Assembly: GCA_964016885.1 (NCBI GenBank)
Contig: OZ024757.1
Location: 34,658,001 to 34,722,000, forward strand
Direction of reading: 5' to 3'
From: Eledone cirrhosa
Lineage: Eukaryota
DNA: 64,000 nucleotides
In this document: piece after piece, positions 49,670-63,479 of the stretch
How the letters are laid out: each line of letters opens with the position of its first letter
How positions within the stretch are numbered: the first letter of the stretch is position 1
Made by a program: the position numbers and the translations under genes
The notes under the pieces: model-generated
Seen by the model: only the letters and a program-made list of their open reading frames with translations
What the model was told of the DNA's origin: nothing
Databases searched by the model: none

Positions 49670-52600
49670 GACGGCGTGTATTGTGTATTTATGACTTGCA
49701 AAAATATTCAGAAGAATACGAATGGCTGGTGCGTGTTTGTACAATCAGCTCCAAGAAAAATGCATGTTGTCGCTCTGTATTTTTTTTGCCGGAGTGTCTG
49801 TGTTATTTTTATGACGTCCGTTTGTGACAACAGAGCTATCACACCACAGGTGTCGCTTCGCTACATATATCCCTCCTCCAGATGACCAATCGATGAAGAA
49901 GTAAACATATGTAGTGAGAAGCAAGGCAAAGATAGGTAATAAACAAAAGAAATGTTTGCACAAGCAGCAAACAAAAGGCAAGGAACGCAAAAATGTAACA
50001 GAAACATGCAAAACAATCAATAAAATGCAACAAATTGTAAGAAAGACAAAAGCAAAGGGCAGCTTAAATGTACACAGTTTGACACAGTTTGTTTCCAAAA
50101 AGGCTCCAGTAGCCAGTTCATATAATAAAAGTTTGGAACGGGTCGTGGTTTTGTATCTTGGTGTGTGTGAAAAAGAGAAAGATGGGGGTGTATGTGGCTC
50201 AGGTGTGTGAGCATCTGTGTGGGCCCATTTAAGTCTATCAACCGCAATGGTCTCTCTGGATCCCTTAATGTCTACAGTGAAATGTTTATCAGAACGAGCT
50301 AATACATGGTAGGGTCCAGAGTACGGTTGTGTGAGAGGTGGTCTCACAGCATCGTTTCTTACGAACACATGAGTCCACGAGGCAATATCCCTCGGGACTG
50401 CAGATTTTACAGTTTGTTTCCTCGTATCCATCGGCGACAGGTCCTGAAAATAAGAACGCAGATGGGATACGTAGGAAAGCGGATCTTGTGCAGCAAGATC
50501 GAAAGGGGCAAGCATTTGCCCAGGTAACGCTAGAGGAGCACCATACAATAATTCGGCCGGCGAGAACCCAAGGTCCTCCTTTATTGCTGATCGAATCCCC
50601 AACAACACAATAGGGAGGTACTCGCTCCAACGCGTAGAGTCAGGAGAAGTCCGTAGAGCGGCTTTTAGTTGACGATGGAAGCGCTCCACCATTCCGTTAG
50701 ATGCAGGATGATATGAAGTTGTTCGGATGCATTTAGCGCCAATGATCTTCGTCAATTCGGAGAAGAGAAGAGATTCGAACTGTCTTCCACGGTCCGTTGT
50801 AATCGTGGCGGGCAATCCATCTGATACTAGGGCACGCGCTGTCGTTTCAGCAGTGATGTCTTTCAAGGGGATGGCTTCAGGCCATCGCGAAAAACGATCA
50901 ATAACAGTCAATAGATAAGTATGACCACCACTGACTGGCCAAGGTCCCACGATATCCACATGAATGTGCCGGAAACGGGTGTCCGGTGTACTGAAAGTAC
51001 CGAGCGGAGCCTTAACGTATTTATGGATTTTCGATTTCTGGCAAGCGAAGCAGGAATGGTACCAAGCAGTAATATCGCGCCTCATATTTGGCCAGAAGAA
51101 TCTGGCTGTTATGAGCTTTACTGCGGCAGAAGATCCTGGGTGGGAAATGCTGTGTAAAGCAAGAAACACAGTACGACGATGGTTTAGCGGGACGAATGGT
51201 CTCGGTGAATCTAAGGAAACGTCGCAGAGAATCTGTCCATCCGCGGTGGGCAATGGCAGGTATTTCAAATTACTCGTCGCAAATTCGGCTGATGTAATAT
51301 CCAACGATTCCAGTGCAGGTTGATATGCTGCCAAGTGATTTAAATCGATGTCATGGGATGACGCAATCGAACTGATCGGCAATCGAGACGGGGCGTCAGC
51401 CGCTGTGTTCAATGAGCCTGGAATGTGTTGGATGTCGTTTGTGAATTGCGAGATAAAGTCGAGATGCCTTGTTTCTCGGGGCGAGTACTTGTCGGACTTT
51501 GCCCTTAAAGCGAAGGTCAAAGGTTTATTGTCAATATAGATTGTAAAATACCTTCCTTCGAACATATGTGAAAAATGTTTCACGGAAAGGTAGATGGCTA
51601 ACAGCTCCCGACCAAAGGTGCTGTAGCGAGTTTCTGCAGGTTTCAACTTCCTGGAGAAAAATTCCAATGGTTGTTGGTGATCGCCACTACTCTGTTGTAA
51701 GACTGCACCCACTGCAGTATCCGACGCATCAACACAAAGCGAAATCTTGGCATTGGACACTGGGTGGGCCAGCAAAGATGCACTAGCCAATGCTGATTTG
51801 ACTTTTTGAAAACCATCGAGCTGAGTTTGAGTCAAAGAGATTTCCTTGTTCTTCTTGCGGCAATTTTTCAGAATCTCAGTAAGAGAGAAGACGAGATTAG
51901 CACAATGCGGAACAAAACGTCTATAGAAATTTATCAGTCCAAGGAATTGTCGCAACTGACGAAGTGAGATCGGCGGAGACAAATCCTCTATAGCCTGAAC
52001 TCGTTGAGGGAGGGGTCGAATACCCTCGGAGTCAATGATATGACCTAAAAAATTCAGTGATTCCCCACCGAAAACACATTTTGTGGGATTTATTTGAACA
52101 CTGTAATCCTTGAGTCGACAAAATAAAAGATTCAAATGACGTATGTGTTCTTCTCTGGAGGAACTAGCAATAAGCAGATCATCAATATAAGTGTAGACGA
52201 AGTCTAAACCACGAGTGACCTCATCCATGAACCGTTGAAAGGTGCTAGCAGCATTCCTCAGTCCGAAAGGCATGGTAAGAAATTCGAATGATCCAAATGG
52301 AGTCGTAATGGCCGTTTTCGGAAATCTTGACAGGAATTTGATGATAGGTTCGCACCAAATTGAGCTTCGAGAAAATTTTACATCCCTGCAACGACGATAC
52401 AAAATCTTGCAGGTGTGGGATAGGGTATCTATCCGGGACAGTTATAGCATTTAACTTCCTATAATCCCCAGTGGGTCTCCAGTCGCCAGAAGTCTTGGGT
52501 ACCATGTGCAACGGAGAAGCCCACGGGCTCGTAGAAGGGCGAATTATTCCAAGCTGCAACATGTGGTCGAACTCAGACCGTGCTGCCTTCAATTTGTCCG

Positions 52601-52950
52601 CAGGCAAGCGACGAGGACGTGAGAACACTGGGGCGCCAGTTGTAGAGATAAAATGCTCCGTTGTGTGAGTCAGTTCGACAACTCGAAAATTTCCCTCAGT
52701 AAGCTGTGGGAAAGAATTCAACAATGCATGATAGGGATTCCCAGCATTAGTGATGAAAAAGGTCGGGCTAACCGTTGGAAAATTAGCTTTCTGGCCATGA
52801 AGAGAAAAACCAGTAATGCCGTCTACTAGGCGTCGGCCACGGACGTCCACCGTCAATGCAAAATGGTGTAGAAAATCCGCTCCCAAGATCGGATATGGTA
52901 GGTCAGCAACCGTAAAAATCCATTTGAATTCTCGTCGAAGATTTCTGGGT
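49670..52950 (-). mobile_element. Ty3/Gypsy LTR retrotransposon, 5'-truncated (partial protease, RT, RNase H, integrase, PPT, partial 3' LTR)
   Basis: [61 protein letters not shown]; frameshift near 52325; PPT GGAGGAGGG at 49871-49879 followed by TG at 49865; no gag. Confidence 0.93.
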
Positions 52951-52978
52951 ATGTCAATATTTATAAAACAAACTTTGT

Positions 52979-53037
52979 ATTTTATCTGATGAGAGTGTAC
53001 CAAAGTTTTGGTACCCTTGAAATATATATAATAGAAT
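52979..53037 (+). ncRNA. Minimal type I hammerhead motif
   Basis: ATTTTAT CTGATGA GAGTGTACCAAA-GT-TTTGGTACCCTT GAAA TATATA TA ATAGAAT; palindromic short stem III. Confidence 0.7.
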
Positions 53038-53399
53038 AAATATAGTTTCCATTTATTAATATCATTTATATATATATATATATTGCTAGAACACTGGAAG
53101 GTAATATCCGTAGTGGTAGAGCACTAAGTCCATGGGACGAGTTAGGTAGAAGTGGTTACACAACAGTTAGTTCACCATACCGAGAACAATTGTTTCACTT
53201 TAGCGGATCCTCAGCTTGTAATGGACATGGTTATACGGAACAGGAAGGACAACTGTACGAACGCGCATGCGCAGAAACCGTCACTTCACACAGGCAATAC
53301 TAAAAAGCGTGCGAGGGGTGTAAAGGAGATAACTGCGAAAGTCCAAAAGGTTTCTAGTTGAGAAGAAAATTAGGATGTTGTAATTCAATCCGGAGCTTT

Positions 53400-53980
53400 G
53401 TAGTTATGTAAACACGAGAAATGAATTCTTCACACGTGGACAACGTGTGAAGAATTCATTTCTCATGTTTAGGCAATCACTATTGCATAATCTCTTTAGA
53501 ATATTTATTCGTTCATCAATACATAGTCCACACGACGGATTTCCCCTTGCGTATGGCTTCGACTTAGTGATGGCTTTCCATTGAATGGATTAGTCTATAC
53601 TTGAGACCATACGTGGCTCGTGAGTTTCGTGGATGAACGTCTGTCCGAGTACCTAAAGGTCGACCGGTGGTTCAGGAAGCGTTCCTTAAATCGGCCCTCC
53701 GCCATACCCACATAGGATTTGACCTCCTGTGGTTAATTTGGTCGGTTGGAAGTGACCACAGCTTCATAAATTACAGCGGGTGTGTTGCATTGCTGTTGAA
53801 GGGGACAAACTTCGGGCTTACGGCAAGAGCACCCTGGTGGGGTGTTGCTCTTAGGGCTGTTGATGATGTGGGCCTTGATGTTCTAAGCGCAGGAGTATCC
53901 TAGTTTTACTTTGTGTCGGTTAAAGATGGAGCGGTATTTATGACTTATGGGAAAGTGTCTACCATAAAGTGTCTGTTCAG
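53400..53980 (-). mobile_element. Penelope-like element GIY-YIG endonuclease relic
   Basis: Minus-strand translation CSCRKPEVCPLQQQCNTPAVIYEAVV..SYVGMAEGRFKERFLNHRSTFR..TKLTSHVW, then after disruptions LNMRNEFFTRCP; a ~29-bp-arm hairpin at 53410-53471 duplicates the end. Confidence 0.8.
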
Positions 53981-56129
53981 GCCAGGAAATATAAATTAAA
54001 TTTACAAATGAGATTATATACACACGTCAAAAATATATATACATTATATATTTTCCCTATACATTATCCATAATAGACAATATATTATACCTCCCCATCT
54101 AATATATTTTCCTACGACCTCTTAACTACACGGTCAATTAATCAATTAACACTTTTTGCTTTCTCATCGTTTTTGCTTAAAAACAAACAACTTCATCCAC
54201 TATCTTCAGTTAATTTCAAATTTCTTTCCTCAATTCCAATCTCTTCCCTTCAACGTTTTAATATCTCACTGTCCTATTATTGCACCTCTATAGAATTTAC
54301 TATTTTAAATATTTACACACAACATCTCAACATCCCACACCCATTTCCCCGTATTTGGTACAGCTCATAATTCCTTTGTTTTCTTTTTCTTTGCTTGTTC
54401 TCCTTGTTTTCTTTCATATTTTCTCAGTCTCAATCTCCCTGTCCCCGATATTTTAATATCACCTCCCTATCTTTACTATGCTATTACAATTTTCAAATTT
54501 ACTGTGGTTTCACCCATGTGGAATATTACACTCACAACCTTTGAATTTTTACTTCTAATGTTTTTTCCATCTCTTTGCATGTTCATTGCTCTTTCTCTTC
54601 CACAGTATTTACCTGCCTTTTACATGACCACACTCATCTCCGCGTACTCTCTCCCCTCCTTCTCCACTTACCCCTAACTTCTAAAATTAATTCGCTGGCT
54701 TATCTTCCAGACGATGCATTTCCTATCATCACAGGGCAAGTTCCATTTGCATCATTTTCTAGTATTTTTGCCCATTTAGTTCTAGCTCCTTTATATACCC
54801 TGATCTTGTTTCTCTGGTTGTAGCCAGAGAACTGCATGTGGTGAATAAAGTGTTGTGTTTCTCTAACTCTTTGGTGTTCCACGTGCAGGACACGTTCCTC
54901 ATCACTCTTACTAAGTCCACAATCAGTATGTTGATTTTTTTTTATATAGTCCGAAACAGCTGAGTTTCAGTGGATCAGGTATTTGGAAGTCATGGGATGG
55001 CATAATGCAAATGGAGGATTTGTGTTTTATTACTAATAGTTTCGAACCAGAGAAATCTATGGTTGGGGTTTTTATTTAGGTAGTCTATAGTAACGGAGCT
55101 ATACTAAAAATACACAGGAATTATGGAAGTTATTTGTGACGGTATTCCACCTTATTCCGAAGTCTGTACAAAAGACTGACTGTTGTTGATTGTATAACCA
55201 AACTTACGAGAGTTTAAAGAAAAAAAACATAGCTGTAATAAATAATTTAGCTGCTATGTCTAGCAGGTAGAGAGTCTACGTAGAGGTTTTTATTGATATA
55301 TAATTGATATTTAACTGGGTGATACGTTTGGATTTACCATCAATTAGATACAATGGGAACAGTGTTTAAATGTATTAAATTATAACAGGGACTTTTAATG
55401 TATGACACCGGAGAGATTTGTAACATTCTCAACGACACCGCGTACTTGCTGTCTTCATTACAACTTTAATTAGTCTAAATATATCTTGTGGCACTATTAT
55501 ATATGTACATACACACGCACAGTTTTCTTTCCCTGACATCAGTCTTACACTGTCATATCTATTCTTACTTTACAATTGTGTCTACTAAGAGTTCCATTAT
55601 AATCTGTAGTAGAAAAACGACTATTTAACCAGAACATCTGATATCAGTCATTTATGGACAATATATATATATTTTAGACCACATATCAACCTAATATATA
55701 CATATTTCCTATCAAATCTCTGGCTAAAAACAATTATTTTCAAGGTATTTCAAGAATTTTTATCATTATTACGTTTTTTTCACTAATTTATCATGTTTTA
55801 ATTTTAAAATATTTCTGACTAACTTTTCTATATTTTTTGTTATAAACCGTCTAAAAATTGTTATTTATACCAGGCCAGGAAATAGAAATTAAATTTACAA
55901 ATGAGATTATATACACGTAAAAAAAAAAAAAAAAATATGGATAATGTATAGAAGAATATATGTATATTTATGTATTTACGTATTTCATATATACAAATAT
56001 GTAACTATATATATATATATATTTTTAAAGTATATGTTGGTTGTGTACCAACACCACAGTATGCAGATTGGAGGACTCGACGAAGTGCGCAGGTTGGTTT
56101 GGTTACTCCGGAGTAATGTAAAATAAAAT

Positions 56130-57245
56130 AAAATAAGTCAAATGTTTAAAATTTGGCTCCCGTTTATTACTGCTATATATATTTTGGTGACAGCCATCTT
56201 TGGCTGTGACCTCTTCAGGCAGTCCGAATTAGTGTGGTAGAGACGAGTACACATGTTGTTGAGGTGTTTAACTTTGTCAATACTCCGACATGCCCAGTTC
56301 CTGGTTGGGTTGCTGCTTCACTGAGGAACCGGAATCACATGAATTTAAGCAAACGAATTTCAGCGTCAAAGGACATCCTCTCCTTTCATTGGTCAGTTGT
56401 AAGAACATTCCTCAGTCAAAAGTCTATAGAAACTCGTTCTGAGGCAAGGCAACCTGTAGTGGTTGTTCTTGTTATTGTCAAGTACATCTGACCTCCACTC
56501 CCATGCTGGTAGTGGTGTTGGTGTTAGAGTCAGCTCTATCATTTTTTTGAGCTGACTCTAACACCAACACAAGAGTAGAGGTCAGATGCACTTAACAATA
56601 ACAAGAACAACCACTACAGATTGCCCTGCCTCAGAACGAACCTCCATAGACCCTCGACCGAGGAATGCTCCCACAACCGACCAATGAGAGGAGACATCCC
56701 TTGACGCCGAACTTCGCTTGTTTAAATTCATATGATTCCAGTTCCTCAGTGAAGCAGCAACCCAACCAGGAACCGGGCATATCAGAGTATTGACAAAGTT
56801 AAACACCACAACAACATGTGTACTCGTCTCCACCACACTAATTCGGACCGCCCGAAAAGGTCATTACCAACATAAGAGTAGAGGTCAGATGTACTTAGCA
56901 ATAACAAGGAAAAACCACTACAGATTGCCTTTCCTTGGAATGAATTTCTATAAACTCTTGACTGAGGAATGTTCTCACAGCTGACCAATAAGAGGAGAAG
57001 ATGTCCTCTGATGCTGAAATTCATTTGTTTGAATTCATATGATTCCAGTTCCTCAATAAAACAACAACCCAAACAGGAGCTGGGCATATCACAGTATTGA
57101 CGAGGTTATACACCTCAACAACATGTGTACTCGTCTCTACCACACTAATTCGGACTGCCTGAAGAGGTCACAGCCAAAGATGGCTGTCACCAAAATATAT
57201 ATATCGGTAATAAACGAAGCCAAATTTTAAGCATTTGACTTAATT
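56130..57245. mobile_element. Penelope-like pseudo-LTR complex: one inverted plus two direct ~300-370 bp copies around a central hairpin
   Basis: ORF-track 56234..56491(+) and 56582..56836(-) give near-identical peptides; third copy at 56870-57245; central hairpin GTGTTGGTGTTAGAGTCAGCTC/GAGCTGACTCTAACACCAACAC; hammerhead-like cores at both outer ends. Confidence 0.75.
56169..56223 (-). ncRNA. Hammerhead-like motif with G12A core change (second copy 57154-57208, plus strand)
   Basis: ACTGC CTGAAGA GGTCACAGCCA-AAGA-TGGCTGTCACC AAAA TATATA TA GCAGT. Confidence 0.55.
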
Positions 57246-57614
57246 ATTTTATATATATATATATATATATACCTGACCACTCTTGATCCGTTTCCGTCAC
57301 GTTCACTTCAAAATATGTTTTTTAAATAATTAAAATATACACAGACATGTATATAATGTGAAATGAAACTGGAAGGCCCATATATATATACGTGTGTGTA
57401 TGTAGATATATAAATGTGTTTTTGTATACATATATATATGTATGCGTGTGTGAATTTATGTGAAACTTGTTTTATTCCATTTGTATTCCCATTTCAGGGT
57501 CAACTTTCTTTCAAAGTATTTTCCTGTTATGCGTTCTTTTGGCTGTATTACATTACAGACAAGCAAGCAAGCAATCACAGACTTTTAGTAATATATAGAT
57601 ATATATAGATAGAT

Positions 57615-58305
57615 AGACTGCTAGCTACAAAAAGCTTTTCCCTCAAAATGAAAGGCAGACTGTATGATGCGTGTATACGAACAGCAATGTTACATGGTAG
57701 TGAGACCTGGGCGCTGTCTGTGGAAGACTTGCGTAGATTAGAAAGAAACGAAGCCTGCATGCTCCGATGGATGTGTAATAGTAATATACGCGAACGGCAA
57801 AGCATAAATGAATTGAGAGAGAGGCTGAGCATAAGAGGAATCAAATGCTGTGTGCAGGAGAGGCGGTTGCGTTGGTATGGACATGTGATGCGTATGAAGG
57901 ATGACAGCAGCATAAAAAGGTGCAGAGCACTAGAAGTCGATGGAAACCGCAGAGTGGGGAGACCCAAGAAGACTTGGGATGAGGTGATAAAAGCCGACTT
58001 TACCCAATTACACCTCTCAAAGGCCATGACCTCTGGCGTTACGCAGTAATACAGAAACCCGACCCCCCCATGGGTACAAACCGAAGCTGAAGCATATAGG
58101 CAATATGCGCCCACACCCTCCCACTGCAAAGTGGTCATGGAGGTGCCACGGCAAAAAAGCACCCAGCCCACACTGTAAATAAGGTTGGTGTTAGGAAGGG
58201 CATCCAGCTGTAGAAATCAAGCCAAAATCAGTTCCCGTATGAGCAAGGCATGGTCAGCCGATCGGACACTGCCCACAACAGGAAAACCCGTAAAATGGTG
58301 ATGAT
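57615..58305 (+). mobile_element. RTE-type LINE 3' fragment with tail
   Basis: [39 protein letters not shown]. Confidence 0.88.
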
Positions 58306-58656
58306 GATAGATACACATCATCATCATCATATCCGTTTAACGTCTATTTTTCCACGTTTGCATGGGTTAGACTGGTCGTCCACGCCTGGAGGCAACTCTG
58401 GCCAAGGTTAGCCATGTGTCACACCTTGCTCTGGTGAGGACTGTATATTTTGCTGGGTATTTTACAGCTGGATGCGCTTCCTAAATACCAACCATGTTTA
58501 CGGTGTGGAACTGGATGGCTCCGTTGTGAGGAGAGACAGGCCAGTTGGCCGTGCCGAACTTGTCTTACAACGGAACCATGTTCTTGGAGCCTGGTACTAG
58601 ATGGCACCAATACGAGTTCTCGCCAGTGTTCATTTATCCAAATACAGAATCAATGT

Positions 58657-59950
58657 ATCATCATCATCATCATCATCATCATTTTACGTCTGCTTTTCCC
58701 TGCTTGCAAGGGTTGGACGGGTCCTATTCAGCACATCTCTCCACTTGTCACGGTCCTTCGTCATCTCCTTGGTGAGCTTCAGCGATCTGAGGTCTGCTCT
58801 CACCACCTCCGCCCATGTTTTTCGTGGTCTATCTCTACTGCGTCTTCCTTCTACTGGGATTTCTTGGCACTTCTTTACCCATGGTCATCCTCCATGCGTA
58901 TCACATGTCCATACCATCTCAGCCTTTTCTCCTGCACACCACAACTTATCCCTCTTATACCCTGTTTCTTTCTCAACTTGTCCATGCTTGGTCGTTCACG
59001 CACATTGACATTGCACATCCAATGTAGCATACTTCATTTCTCTCCAGCCGTCGAATATCCTCTGCAGTTGCTGCTCATGTCTCACTACCATGCAACATCG
59101 CGCATCTCACACAGGCATCATTTAACCGTCCTTTTGTATGCAGGGAGAAACCCATCTTTGTCAACAAAGGAAGCAGCTCCCTAAACTTATTCTAGATACT
59201 ATGGCCTCGGACCCCCCCCCCCCCATGCTAATCTGATCACTTGGGTACCGGAAGCTATCAACTACTTCTATAGAACCCACCTGCATTGGAAAAATGTGCC
59301 TATCACTGCGATTAATACTGCCAACTTTCCCTGTACATCTACTGCATACATAGTTTTCCCTACCTGTTAGTTTGCCTGTTATCCACTACATCTTTTGTGT
59401 ACCCAAGATCTGCATTGCGTACATTTTATGGAATTTATGCCAGTTCCTTTCCTACATATCGAACATGGCCATTTCCCTGATGGAATCAGAGTATTGTCCT
59501 CTCTTCTACTTATCAACACTTTTGTCTTGATAGTAGTCACTTAACTTCTCTTGATTCCAACTGCTGTTTCTATAGCCAGAATTTATTCTCTAGCTCCTCT
59601 ACTGATTCTGCTATAAGAGCCAGATCAGCAGCATAGAGAAGTTCCCATGGGGATCCAGTCTTAAACTCCTCTGTTATGGCTTGGAGGACTATAATGAACA
59701 AGAGTGGGCTGAGGACCGAATCCTGATGTACACCTACTTGTATCTGGAATTCCTCACTAAACTCCATACCTATTCTCACTTTACTGACAGCACCCCTGTA
59801 CATAGCTTGCACTGTCCTCGCAAGCTATTCATCTACACCTAGTTTCCATAGGGACCACCAGATGACAGATTGGGGAACCCTATCAAAGGCCTTCCCTAGG
59901 TCAACAACAGCTAAGTATAGTGGCTTATTCTTCTCTAAGAACTTCTCACA
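58657..59950 (-). mobile_element. RTE-type LINE RT fragment
   Basis: VDLGKAFDRVP, VGVHQDSVLSPLLF, LLYAADL; (CAT)n tail. Confidence 0.88.
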
Positions 59951-60425
59951 TTGGAGAGAATTGCTCTGAACAGGAAAGTTGATATCTACAGTTTAACAAT
60001 TTAGAAATATAAAATTTCCACTGTTAAATCTATCTTAAAGTATTCTCTATTATCTCATAGTGTTTCTTTCTTATTTCAGAATACCAGATGTCATTGGGAT
60101 TAATTAATTTTTTAACCTTGGATACATCACCAATATTTATCATTTTAAGACTAAATCTATTTATACAGAAGTGATATAACACTGTTTATATAACTGTATT
60201 GTTCAATTACTGTGAATTATTTCCTCAGAACTATGTTTATATTCTTTGCTATGAGATATATTTTGTATTTTAACTAAACTTGGATAACAAAGAAGTTTAC
60301 ATTATCTGAAGATATTAACTGAGATCACAGCTGAGGGAAATATCAAAGAAATATTTTTAGGAATATAATATAAAAAATATTACAAGAAAAACAGCTGTAT
60401 ATTCTGTTGAGAAGAAAGGAACGTG

Positions 60426-61853
60426 ATGGAAAATAAATTCAGTGAGAAGATAAAATGTGAAACACTGTCTAAAAGGATTAGTATACCTGATGAGATTACA
60501 AAGGATACAGAAGAGAAGCCATATCACTGTGTTATCTGTAAAAGGTTATTCTTTTGTAAGATCAATTTAACTATGCATAAATGTGTACATACAGGAGAGA
60601 AGCCACATCACTGTGATATCTGTGGTAAATCATTCTCTGATAGTGGCAACTTAAAAAGACACAAACGTACACATACAGGAGAAAAGCCATATCACTGTGA
60701 TATCTGTGGTAAATCATTCTCTTTAAACAGTACCTTAACTAGACACAAACATATACATACAGGAGAGAAGCCATATCACTGTGATATCTGTGGTAAATCC
60801 TTCTCTGATAGTGGTCACTTAACTAGACACAAACATATACATACAGGAGACAAGCCATATCGCTGTGATATCTGTGGTAAATCATTCTCTCGAAGTAGTG
60901 ACTTAACTTTCCATACGCGTATACATACTGGTTACAAGCCATATCACTGTGAGATATGTGATAAATCATTCTCTCAAAAAGGAAGCTTGATAAAGCACAA
61001 ACTTATACATACAGGAGAGAAGCCATATCACTGTGATATCTGTGGTAAATCATTCTCTGTTTGTGGTAACTTAACTACACACAAACGTATACATACAGGA
61101 GAGAGACCATATTACTGTGATATCTGTGGTAAATCATTCTCTGCAACTAGTCACTTAACTTCCCATAAACGTATACATACAGGTTACATGCCACATCACT
61201 GTGAGGTCTGTGGTAAATCATTCTATCTAAGTAGTCACTTAACTTCTCACAAACGTATACATACAGGTGAGAAGCCATATCACTGTGATATCTGTGGTAA
61301 ATCATTCTCTGCAAGTTATAACTTAACTACTCACAAACGTATACATATAGGAGACAAGCCATATCACTGTGATATATGTGGTAAATCATTCTCTGTTAGT
61401 TGTAACTTAACTTCCCATAAACGTATACATACAGGTTACATGCCATATCACTGTGAGGTCTGTGGTAAATCATTCTCTCTAAGTAGTCACTTAACTTCTC
61501 ACATACGTATACATACCGGAGAGAAGCCATATCACTGTGATATCTGTGGTAAATCATTCTCTGATAGTAGTCACTTAACTTCTCACATACGTACACACAC
61601 AGGAGACAAGCCATATCACTGTGATATCTGTGGTAAATCATTCTCTCAAAGTAGTCAGCTAACTATTCACAAACGTATACATACAGGAGAGAAGCCATAT
61701 CACTGTGATATCTGTGGTAAATCATTCTCTGCAAGTAGTACCTTAACATCTCACAAACGTATACATACAGGAGAGAAGTCATACCACTGTGATATCTGTG
61801 GTAAATCATTCTCTCAAAAAGGAAACTTAACTGCTCACAAATGTATCATATAG
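60426..61853 (+). CDS. Tandem C2H2 zinc-finger protein, 15 intact fingers plus a 16th broken by a frameshift
   Basis: ATG at 60426; 84-bp repeats encoding C-x2-C-x12-H-x3-H with TGEKPY-type linkers; no KRAB or BTB domain seen. A strong acceptor (tttctttcttatttcag, AG at 60078-60079) suggests an upstream non-coding exon. Confidence 0.92.
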   Translation: MENKFSEKIKCETLSKRISIPDEITKDTEEKPYHCVICKRLFFCKINLTMHKCVHTGEKPHHCDICGKSFSDSGNLKRHKRTHTGEKPYHCDICGKSFSLNSTLTRHKHIHTGEKPYHCDICGKSFSDSGHLTRHKHIHTGDKPYRCDICGKSFSRSSDLTFHTRIHTGYKPYHCEICDKSFSQKGSLIKHKLIHTGEKPYHCDICGKSFSVCGNLTTHKRIHTGERPYYCDICGKSFSATSHLTSHKRIHTGYMPHHCEVCGKSFYLSSHLTSHKRIHTGEKPYHCDICGKSFSASYNLTTHKRIHIGDKPYHCDICGKSFSVSCNLTSHKRIHTGYMPYHCEVCGKSFSLSSHLTSHIRIHTGEKPYHCDICGKSFSDSSHLTSHIRTHTGDKPYHCDICGKSFSQSSQLTIHKRIHTGEKPYHCDICGKSFSASSTLTSHKRIHTGEKSYHCDICGKSFSQKGNLTAHKCII

Positions 61854-62140
61854 AAGAGAATCAATATCACTGTGGTAACTCATTCTCTGCAAGTAGTACC
61901 TTAACATCTCACAAATGTATACATGCAGCAGACAAGCCATATCAATGTAATATCTGTGGTAAATCATTCTTTGCAAGTAGTCGCTTAACTTCCCAGAAAC
62001 GTTCACATACAGGAGACAAGCCATATCACTGAGATCTATGGTAAATCATTCTCTCTAAGTAATCACTTAACTTCTCAAACGTATACATACAGGGGAGAAG
62101 CCATATCACTGTGATATATGTGTTAAATCATTCTGTAGTG
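61854..62140 (+). pseudogene. Decayed C2H2 finger repeats directly after the ZNF stop codon
   Basis: catacaggagacaagccatatcact and ggtaaatcattctct motifs continue, with deletions and stops. Confidence 0.85.
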
Positions 62141-62930
62141 GATACATGCACAAAACCTTATTAATGTCACCTCCGCCTAAGTATGAAGAGGCACCAAAAC
62201 TTTGTCAGTCGCCACAGAACTTCCACACCGTCCAGACACAGTCATCGTGACTCCTTCACCTGGCAACAGCAACTCAGGTCATCACTCCAACTACTATCGC
62301 TAACAAGAGACAAGGGGTTGATATATACATATTACATTTCTACAGACCCCTTGGTGTTTTACAGACTCTCTCCCTCTTTCGCTCCATCTCTTTCTCTTGG
62401 TCTCACGCTTAGTCAAGACAGTGAAGTTCATGAAGTTTTCTCGGTAAATACAATTTAACTCTACTTTTACAAACAAATAATTGTTTCTACTATTGGCACA
62501 ATATGAATGACAAAGTTAACCTCGGCGGGATTTGAACTCAGAATGGCAAGGACCGTAACTCTATGTGTCAAAGCATGGCGTCCGACCCTCTACCGATACT
62601 GCCAATTCACCGCCTTTTACAAACAAATAATGTATATAATTCTTGTGTATTTTTAGTATAACTTCAGCGTGAGTTATTTTCAATAAATTAATAATATAGT
62701 GGTTTGGTGTCATCGTGGTTCATTTATATATATTTATTTTCTGCGTGATCAAGGAACTATCATATCATCATCATCTTATTGAACACTTACTTACCTGCAC
62801 CTATGTAACCTCTGGTCACACTGTATCACACAACAGTGACCACATAACACAGCAAACTACAAGTGAGCACGCATACAACAAACGAATCAACACCAAAACA
62901 CAATCCACTACCAACAACTAATCGCTATAA

Positions 62931-63320
<390 letters not shown>

Positions 63321-63479
63321 ACCAGTCACCCAAGATTGTGCCACCTATATTGTAAATGTTCATAATAAAACTGGTTTAATAAAAAATTACCCTCCTCTGT
63401 TTATTTGTAGAAGATCTAACCAAGACTTGTGTTGAAACTACTGTATGGTATAGAATTTACTAATTTAGTCAATTTATTA

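Noticed and set aside
49745-52402. 885-aa ORF as a host gene
   Set aside because: It is Gypsy pol (RT-RNase H-integrase) with a frameshifted start and read-through into the LTR; gag is absent.
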